From: an uncultured delta proteobacterium
GTDB taxonomy: Bacteria; Myxococcota_A; Bradymonadia; Bradymonadales; Bradymonadaceae
DNA length: 64,000 nt
Assembly (NCBI GenBank): GCA_963697525.1
Contig: OY969087.1
Span: 735,236-799,235, forward strand
Direction of reading: 5' to 3'
Positions 27,626-36,000 of this stretch are shown here, one piece after another (the stretch's first letter is position 1; every line of letters begins with the position of its first letter). The notes beneath the pieces were generated by a model that was given only the letters and a program-made list of their open reading frames with translations, made no database searches and was not told the origin of the DNA. The position numbers and the translations under genes are program-made.

Positions 27626-30013
27626 GACGTCCGCCACGTAACGCCCATCGGCCTCCAGGGCCTCCAGCCAGGCCTTGGCGTCGGCGTCGGTGCAGCCGGT
27701 TCGCTCCTGGTGGATGCGCGCGAGCGTATCGCGCACGGCGGGAGCCATGCGCTGGCCGTCGCCGCAGACGTAGACGTGGGCGCCGTTGTCGAGCAACGCG
27801 CCGACGCGATCGCGCTCGGCCCACAGGCGGTGTTGGACGAAGGTGATGTCGCCGTCGGGTTTTTTGAAAAAAGCCGGGTGGACCTCGACGAGGCCGGCCT
27901 CTTCGAAGGCGGCGAGTTCGTCGCGATACAGGAAGTCGACCTCGGGGTGGTCGCAGCCGAAGAAGAGCGCGGCCGCGCCGAGGTCGTCGCCGGCTTCTTG
28001 GCGAGCGGCGCGCTCCTGCAAAAAGCCTCGGAAGGGGGCGAGCGTGCGGCTGTCGGCGGGCGGGTGAAAGTCGGGCCCGGAGGGGCGCACGGTGACCTCG
28101 ACGTGCTCGCCGGGGCGACGGCGGGCGAGGAAGTTCGAGCAGGTGCCGCGGTAGCGGCCGTGGCCCGACCAGGCGGGGGCGTTGACGACGGCGACGGTGA
28201 GCGCGCAGCGCGTGTCGTCGACCGAGGGCGACGAGGAGATGGAGTATTGGCGCGGGCGCATCGGCGGCAGCATCTCCAAAAACTCGGCAAAGCCGAGGGT
28301 GCATGAAGCGGTCTGCTCGAGGAGGTCGAGCAGGCTGACATTCGTGTCGAGCACCTCGGCGCGGTAGCGCTCGGGGTCGTTGGCCAGGGCCTGTAGGCGC
28401 TGCTTTTCGGGCGGGCACGGGGTGAGCTCCGCCAGACGGCCGAGGTCGCGGCGGGTGGCCGGTTGGCCGAGCTCGACGTAGCGGCCCAGGAGCTCGGCGA
28501 CGGCGATGGGTCGGCCGGTCGGCAGCGCGCTGGTCTCGGCGCGGGCGCTCGACAGGCGGATGAGTTCGTCGAGTTCGAAGCCGAAACGCTCGGCAGCGCG
28601 CGCGACGCGCTCGGGGTCGTTCTCGGGGAGCACCGCCAGGTAGTCGCCGACCTCGTAGCTCAGCCCGTCGGGCAGCTCCAGCTCGACGTGGCGCTTCGAG
28701 CGCCCCAGCGGCGAGGACATGTCGACGAGCTCGCGGTTTTCGAGCACCGTCGCCAGGCGGGTGCCGTGGGCGTCGACCAGCGGGTCGGCGGCGGCGTCGA
28801 GGCGCTCGATCTCGTAGAGCGGCCCGTCGTCGACCGCCTCGACGGTGACGTCGAATTCGTCTTCGAGCGTCGGCCACACCGGCTCGTACCAGGCGTCGAA
28901 GTCCCCGAAGAAGTCGCCACGCGCGTCGGCCTCGCCGCGCTCCATGAGGCGCTCGGCGCCGGCGCGGCTCAAGGCCTCGTCGACCCGGCGCGGCACCGCC
29001 TGGTAGGTCGCCGACCAGTCGCGGTTTCCGCAGCCAAAGACCGCGTAGCGCACGCCGTCGAGCGCGCCGGGCTCGAGTCCGTCCAGCCACTCACAGAACA
29101 CACGGGCGTTGTCCGGCGGCTCGCCGTTGTACGAGGCGGTGACCACGGTCAGCGCGCCGCCGGTGGGAAGGTCGCCGACGTGGTCGTCCATGGCGGCGAG
29201 CTCGGCGTCCCAGCCGCGCGCCTGGGCGTCGCCGGCGATGCGCCGGGCGAAGGCTTCGGCGGAGCCGGAGTTGGAGCCGTAGAGGACGAGCAGGGGCGTG
29301 CCGTGCGCGGCAGCGCTTGGCGCCTGCAGCGCGGGGCTTGGGGCTTGGCGCCTGCGGCGCGGGGCTTGGAGCGGAGCATCGGAGGAGCGCAGGCTTGGCG
29401 CGGAGGAGCGGGGGTGGGCCTGGATGTGGAGGGCGGCGGGCTTGAGGGTGAGCGTTTCCTTGATGTCGAGCTGGTAGTCGTCGACGTCGACGAGATCAAA
29501 GCGGCGAAGCATCATCGCGAGGACGAGCTTGGCCTCCTGCATGGCGAACGGGCGGCCAATGCAGGCGCGTTGGCCGCGGCCGAACGGCTTCCAGGCGTTG
29601 GCCGGGATCTGGTCGATGTGCTCGGGGGCGAAGCGCTCGGGATCGAAGCGCTCTGGATCGTTCCACACCGTCGGGTCGCGGTGGAGCATGGGGAGCAGCA
29701 CGAACAGCTCCTCGCCGGCTTCGACGCCGTAGCGCCCGCCAATGGTGGTGTCTTCCTTGGGGTACAGCGCGTAGGCCGGCGCCGTGGGCCACAGCCGCAA
29801 CGATTCGCGAAGCACCTGGTCGATGTAGCCCAGCTCGCGCAGGTGCTCGAAGCGCGGCGCGTCGGCGCCGAGCACGCGGTCGGCTTCCTCCTGGGCGCGG
29901 GCGAGCACCTCGGGGTGCTGAAGGAGTTGGTAGATCGTAAACGAGAGCAGGCCGCTGGTCTTCCCGCGCTCGCCTACGGCGCCACCACGCCTAAGCCTTG
30001 TTAAACCCGACAA
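27617..30013 (-). pseudogene. 5'-truncated CYP102-family (P450 BM3-like) P450–NADPH-reductase fusion gene; the first ~250 aa of the heme domain are missing
   Basis: The ORF begins mid I-helix (GLLSFTIYQLLQHPEV). It contains the heme-loop FGRGQRACIGRPFA, the flavodoxin LLVLYGSNSGSAE and FAD/NADPH domains. No P450 N-terminus exists in any frame upstream, and the next gene starts at 30107. Confidence 0.7.
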
Positions 30014-30106
30014 AATTCACTACAAACATCGCCGTACTCTTTCACCATGACGCAGCGAGGGTCGACCCGGGTGCGCACCACGATGAGCGCGCTGTAGGTC
30101 CGCAAC

Positions 30107-30916
30107 ATGCAACAGTTTCTCCAGATCGCGCTCGCCTTTCCCACGGTCGTCTTTACGGCCGTACTCTTGGTATTGGGGCTGTATTGGTTGTTGGTGATCC
30201 TGGGGGCGCTGGACCTGGACACCTTCGACATGAGCGCCCACGTCAATATGCACGGCCACGTCGACGCCCATGTGCACCTGGACGCCGACGTCGACCCCGA
30301 CGGCATGTTGCCGGGCCCGGACCTCATCGAGGCGGTGATGAGCGCGTTAGGGATGGGCACCGTGCCGCTGACGGTCATCCTGAGCTTTCTGACGCTGACC
30401 GCCTGGATGGTCTCGTTCGCCGCCGTCTACTACCTGGCGCCGATGATCGGCGGGCTGACCTCGCTGTACGCCGCGTTGTTCGGCGTGGGCAGCTTCGTGG
30501 CCGCGCTGCCGGTGACGATGCTGATCATGCAGCCGTTCATCCAGTTGTTCGACACCAAGGGTGAGAAGCACGGCGGCGAGTCGCTCATCGGCTCGGTCTG
30601 CCGGGTGACCACCAGCCGGGTCGACGCCAAATTCGGCCAGGCCGACGTCGACGACGGCGGCGCCGGGCTTCTGCTGCCGGTACGCTGTGAGGCCCAAAAC
30701 AACGGGCTGAGCCGCGGCTCCAAGGCGCTGATCATCGACTACGACGACGAGCAGCACGCCTACATCGTCGAGCCCTACGACGTGCTCGTGGGCGACGACA
30801 AAAAGCAGCACGACGGCGATGCCGAGGCCATCCTCGACCAGAAGATCACCGCGGCCGCCGAGGAACAAGAGGCCAACGAACAGCAACCCGAATCCGCGAC
30901 TTCCACCCACAAATGA
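30107..30916 (+). CDS. NfeD-like / YqiJ-like (DUF1449-type) membrane protein with a C-terminal OB-fold
   Basis: TM1, a His/Asp-rich loop (HVNMHGHVDAHVHLDADVD), two more TMs, then GSVCRVTTSRVDAKFGQADVDDGGAGLLLPVRC (NfeD C-terminal beta domain). Sits immediately upstream of a flotillin gene, as in yqiJK. Confidence 0.6.
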   Translation: MQQFLQIALAFPTVVFTAVLLVLGLYWLLVILGALDLDTFDMSAHVNMHGHVDAHVHLDADVDPDGMLPGPDLIEAVMSALGMGTVPLTVILSFLTLTAWMVSFAAVYYLAPMIGGLTSLYAALFGVGSFVAALPVTMLIMQPFIQLFDTKGEKHGGESLIGSVCRVTTSRVDAKFGQADVDDGGAGLLLPVRCEAQNNGLSRGSKALIIDYDDEQHAYIVEPYDVLVGDDKKQHDGDAEAILDQKITAAAEEQEANEQQPESATSTHK

Positions 30917-30931
30917 CGCAGGTGACCACTC

Positions 30932-33070
30932 ATGCATGACTTCAACGCCATGAATTACGCGTGGCTCTTCTATCTCGTCGGCGGTGCCGTCATCCTCGGC
31001 GGCATCATCGCCATGTTCATGAAGTTTTACGTCAAGGTCGACCAGGGCCAGGCCCTCATCGTCAACACGATGAAGGACATCAAGGTCACCTTTACCGGCG
31101 CCGTGGTGCTGCCCATCGTGCACCGCGCCGAGATCATGGACATCTCGCTGAAGACCGTCGAGATCGATCGACGCGGCAAGGAAGGGCTGATCTGCGCGGA
31201 CAATATCCGCGCCGACATCAAGGTCACCTTCTTCGTGCGCATCAACAAAACGCGCGAGGACGTGCTGCGCGTCGCCCAGTCGGTGGGCTGCAAGCGCGCC
31301 AGCGACCAGGACAAGATCGAGGAGCTGTTCGTCTCCAAATTCTCCGAGGCGTTGAAGACCGTCGGTAAGCAGCTCGAATTCGAGGCGCTGTACAAAGAGC
31401 GGGTGCACTTCCGCGAGAAGATCATCGAGATCATCGGCCAGGACTTGAACGGCTACGCCCTGGAAGACGCCGCCATCGACTTCCTCGAGCAGACCCCCGT
31501 CGAGAGCCTCGACCCCCAGAATATCCTGGACTCGCAGGGCATCCGGAAGATCACCGAGCTGACCTCGGAGCAGAAGTTTCGGACCAACGAGTTCGCCAAC
31601 AAGTCCAAAAAGGACATCGGCAAAAACGACCTCGAGACCAAGATGACCATCTTGGAGTACGAGCGCCAGCAGGCCGAGGCCGAGGCCAAGCAGCACCGCG
31701 AGATCGCCGTCGTCCAGGCGCGCGAGCAGGCCGAGGCCCAGGAGCTGACCTCCAAGGAGCAGGCCCGCGCCCAGGTGGCCACGCTCAAGGCCCAGCAGGA
31801 GATCGAGGTCCAGAAGATCAACAAGCAGCGCGAGCAGGAGGTCGCCCAGAAAAACCGCGAGCGCGTCATCGCCGTGGAGACCGAAAACGTCGAAAAAGAG
31901 CGCCAACTCCAGGTCATCGCCCGCGAGCGCGAGACCCAATTGCAGCGCATCTCCAAGGACAAAGAGGTCGAGGTCGAGAAGAAGAATATCGCCGAGATCG
32001 TGCGCGACCGCGTCTCGGTGGACAAGACCGTGGCCGAAGAGGAAGAGCGCATCAAAGACGTGCGCCGCATCGCCGAGGCCGAGCGCGAGAAGAAGGCCGC
32101 CGTCGTCGCCGCCGAGGGCGAGGCCGAGCAGGCCCTGGTCAAGGACATCAAGAAGGCCGAGGCCGCCGAACAGGCCGCCCAGCACAAGGCCAAGCAGAAG
32201 GTCATCGAGGCCGACGCCGACCTCGACGCCGCCGAGCGCACCGTCAAGGCCAAGAAGTTGGTCGCCGAGGGTGTCACCGCCGAGGAGGCCGCCCCGGGCT
32301 TGGCGCAGGTCCGCGTCAAAGAAGCCGACGCCCAGGCCAACGAGAAGCAGGGCCTGGTGGAGGCGCGCATCACCAAAGAGAAGATGATGTCGCAGGCCGC
32401 GGGCAAAGAAGAGCAGGGCATGGTCGAGATTCGCCTGACCCAGCAACGCGCCGAGGCCATCGAAAAAGAGGGCATGGCTCAGGCCAAGATCATCCGCGAG
32501 AAGGCGGTCGCCGAGGCCGCCGGCGAGCAGGAAAAAGGCCTGGCGCAGGTGCGCATCAAGGAGGCCAGCGCCGACGCCATCCGCAAAGAGGGCACCGCCC
32601 ACGCCGACGTGCGCGCCCAGCAGGGCGAAGCCGAGGCCAAGGCCATCCTCGACCGACTGGCCGCCGAGGCCAAGGGCCTGACCGAGAAGGCCAAGGCCAT
32701 GAAAAACTTCGACGAGGAGGGCTTCAACTTCGAGAAGTTCCAGATGCAGCTCGACCTCGAGCGCGACCTCACCCTCGAGAAGCTCGCCAAGGGCATCGAC
32801 ATCGCCAAGGCCCGCTCCGCCGTGCTCAGCGAGGCCCTCAAGGCCGCCAATATCAGCATCGTGGGCGGCGACACCTCGGTGTTGGACAACTTCACCAAGT
32901 CCATCACCGCCGGCAAGATGCTCGAGGGGTTCATGGACACCAGCCCCACCGCGCGCAGCCTGCTCGACAAGGTCATGGGCAAGGCCGCCAAGGCCGCCAA
33001 GGCCGACGGCGCGGCCAAACCCAACGGTGAGGTCGAAGAGGCGATCACTGATATGACGCCGGGTGAGTGA
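30932..33070 (+). CDS. Flotillin-family (SPFH/Band-7, YqiK-like) protein
   Basis: N-terminal TM, an SPFH domain (QGQALIVNTM ... VTFFVRI), a long EA-rich coiled coil and flotillin-type C-terminal repeats. 712 aa. Confidence 0.85.
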   Translation: MHDFNAMNYAWLFYLVGGAVILGGIIAMFMKFYVKVDQGQALIVNTMKDIKVTFTGAVVLPIVHRAEIMDISLKTVEIDRRGKEGLICADNIRADIKVTFFVRINKTREDVLRVAQSVGCKRASDQDKIEELFVSKFSEALKTVGKQLEFEALYKERVHFREKIIEIIGQDLNGYALEDAAIDFLEQTPVESLDPQNILDSQGIRKITELTSEQKFRTNEFANKSKKDIGKNDLETKMTILEYERQQAEAEAKQHREIAVVQAREQAEAQELTSKEQARAQVATLKAQQEIEVQKINKQREQEVAQKNRERVIAVETENVEKERQLQVIARERETQLQRISKDKEVEVEKKNIAEIVRDRVSVDKTVAEEEERIKDVRRIAEAEREKKAAVVAAEGEAEQALVKDIKKAEAAEQAAQHKAKQKVIEADADLDAAERTVKAKKLVAEGVTAEEAAPGLAQVRVKEADAQANEKQGLVEARITKEKMMSQAAGKEEQGMVEIRLTQQRAEAIEKEGMAQAKIIREKAVAEAAGEQEKGLAQVRIKEASADAIRKEGTAHADVRAQQGEAEAKAILDRLAAEAKGLTEKAKAMKNFDEEGFNFEKFQMQLDLERDLTLEKLAKGIDIAKARSAVLSEALKAANISIVGGDTSVLDNFTKSITAGKMLEGFMDTSPTARSLLDKVMGKAAKAAKADGAAKPNGEVEEAITDMTPGE

Positions 33071-36000
33071 TGTCCCAAGACGCCAAACAACCCGCGGTCT
33101 CCGCCTCCAACTACGACATCATCCGCAAGCGCCTCGAAGACCAGGCGCGCGAGCTCGGCGAGCGCACCGACGCGCTCAACGACAAGCGCGCCCAGATGTT
33201 CGGGGGCGTGGAGATGACCGTGGTCGGCCAGGAGCGCGTGCGCACCGAGCATAACTGCGTGCCGCGCGACATCGTCAACGTCGGCGGGCGCATGCTCTTT
33301 GGCTACAACGTCAAGTTGGGGCTGAAGGCCAAGACCGACGTCGACGACGTCTTCAGCCTGCACGCCTTCCAGAAGGACGACGACGGCTTCAAGCTCGAGC
33401 CTCTGGCGCAGGACACCAAGGATAACTTCCTCGGCGAAGAGAAGTTCGTCCGCGATTTCGACGAGCTGTACACCTACTACAAGGACGCGCGCTTAAGCCA
33501 ACTCATCAAGCTGGACACCCGGCTTTTGGCGGTCTTCCAGATCGGCACGACCCTCGAAGACCGCCGTGTGCTTCGCTGGGGGCTCGACGCGGTCGACAAC
33601 ATCCAATATATCGACAACGCCGGGGACCGGGACTTGACCCCACCCGAGCCCCACGACTTCCAGTGGCGCACGGTCACCCGCGAGGACCACCACAAGGGCA
33701 AACACCCCCACGTCAGCATCCTCGACGAGGTCTTCGTCGAGACGGTCGGCGGCGACCTGACCATCAAGATCGAGGACAACACCGACGACGGCAAAGGCAT
33801 CTACAACGAGCCCGTCGACGACCTGCACCAGTCGCTGGGCGACGGCGAATTTCTCTTCGCCAAGATCGGCAACCTCATCGTCCTCAAGATCTTGCCCTAC
33901 CGCGAAGAAAAGTGGCGCTACTTCGTGTTCAACACCCTCACGAAACAAGTCGAGCGCATCGACGCCATCGGCCAATCGTGCATCCAACTGCCCGACGAGC
34001 AGGGCATCGTCTTTCCCGGCGGCTTCGTGCTGTCCAACGGGCAGTCCAAAAACTTCGACGCCAACGTCGAGGGCATGCGCGTCCACCAGGTCGTCCGCTC
34101 GGCCAACGGCGAGGACGTGCTGTACGTGTTTTACCGCCCGCAGGACGGCAGCTACCTGCTCTTGGCGTACAACGTCATCCGCAAGGACGTCCAAAACCCG
34201 ATCAACTGCCACGGCTACTCGCTGTTCGACGACGGCACGATGATCGTGTTTCGTTTCCAAGGTGACGAGCCCACCCGCGTCCACCCGATGCAGATCTGGC
34301 AGACGCCCTTTGTCAGCGACGAGCACGCCGCCAACCAGCCCCAGGACGACTCGCTGTTGTCCAATATCGGCAACGCCGAGTTGGTGCGCGGCATCTCCGA
34401 CGCCTTCAGCCTATGCTCGATGATCGACGATCTCGAGCCGTCCATGGCGGTCTACGAGGCGCTGATCACCAGCGCTCAGCGCCTGCTCGACGCCTACTTC
34501 TGGCTGGACAAGGACGAGGTCGGCGACCTCGCCGCAGTCGTCGGCGACATCATCGACACCGCTGGCCTGGTGGTCGACGAGTTTCAGAAGGTCACCGCCC
34601 TCAAAAAGAAGGCCAAAGAGGCGCTCGCCGACGCCGAGCAAAAGCAGCGCTCGCTGTTTACCGACGTGCGTTACAACGACTGGAAGCGCATCGAGCGCTT
34701 CGTCGAGGGGCTGGACAAATTGCGCCAGCAGCGCGGCCGGATCATCACCTTGAAGGAGACGCGCTACATCGACGTCGACCGCCTCGACGAGCTCGAGGCC
34801 GAGGTCACCGAGCGCTACGACGACTTGAGCAAGGCCACCGTGGAGTTCCTGCTCGACGACCAGGCCTTAAAGACCTACCAAGACGGCCTCGACGAGCTCG
34901 AAAGCAAGGTCGACAACCTCGAGAATACCAAGCAGGCCGCCGAGCTCGACGACAAGCTCGACACCATCAACAAGGGCCTGAATTTACTCACCGAAGTCGT
35001 CAGCGGCCTGCAGGTCGACGATCCCACCAAGCGCACGAAAATACTGGAGAATATCGGCGAGGTCTTGAGCCGCCAAAACCGCGACCGCGCCAAGCTCGAG
35101 CGCAATCAAAAGCAGCTCGCCGAACAAGAAGGCAAGGCCGAGTTTGCCGTGCAATTCCAGCTCTTTACCCAGAGCGTGACCAGCGCGTTGGGCATGTGCG
35201 ACACACCCAAGGCCTGCGACGAGCAGTTGACGCGCATGATGGTCCAGCTCGAGGAGTTGGAGAGTCGGTTTAGCTCGTTCGACGGCTTTTTGACCAAGCT
35301 CGCCGAGAAGCGCGACGAGGTCTACGAGGTCTTCGAGTCGCGCAAACGCGCGCTGTTGGACGAGCGCCAGCGCCAGGCCAACAACATCGCCCGCAGCGCC
35401 GACCGCATCCTGTCGGGCGTGGTGCGCCGGGCGTCCAATATGGACTCGGTCGAAGACCTCAACGCCTACTTCGCCTCCGACGCCATGGTCATGAAGGTGC
35501 GCGACCTGGCCACAAAGCTTCGCGAGCTCGAAGAGGACGTGCGCGCCGACGACATCATCACCCAGCTCAAGGCGTCCAAAGACAAGGCCATCCGCCAGCT
35601 TCGCGACAAACTCGACCTCTTCGAAGGCGGCGACAACGTCATCAAGTTCGGCCAGCATCGCTTCAGCGTAAATACGCAGGCCGCCGAGCTGACCATGGTG
35701 CCCGACGGCGACACCATGGCGCTGCACATCACCGGTACCGAATTCCTGGAGTCCATCGACGACCCCGACTTCGCCAAAACGCGCCCGTTTTGGAACCAGC
35801 CGCTGGTCTCCGAGACCGACCAGGTCTACCGCGGCGAGTATCTGGCCGCGGCCATCGTCTTCGACGCCGAAAACGCCGCGAATGGCCTGACGGTCGCCGA
35901 GCTGCAGAAGCGGCGCAAAGACCCCGCCGAACTCAAAAAGCTCATCCGCGGGTATATGGACGAGCGCTTCGACGAGGGCTACGAGCGCGGCGTGCACGAT

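Noticed and set aside
27341-27846. ORFs such as 27341..27532 -, 27451..27846 + and 27488..28306 + that encode repeated MPTHRRKGERGQDAHAPKERRTRPRC or GILASFAFPSVRGHLGLVRLSFGAWAS peptides
   Set aside because: They are translations of the 37-bp tandem repeat, which is 1 nt off a multiple of 3 and so gives frame-cycling repeats. They are not genes.
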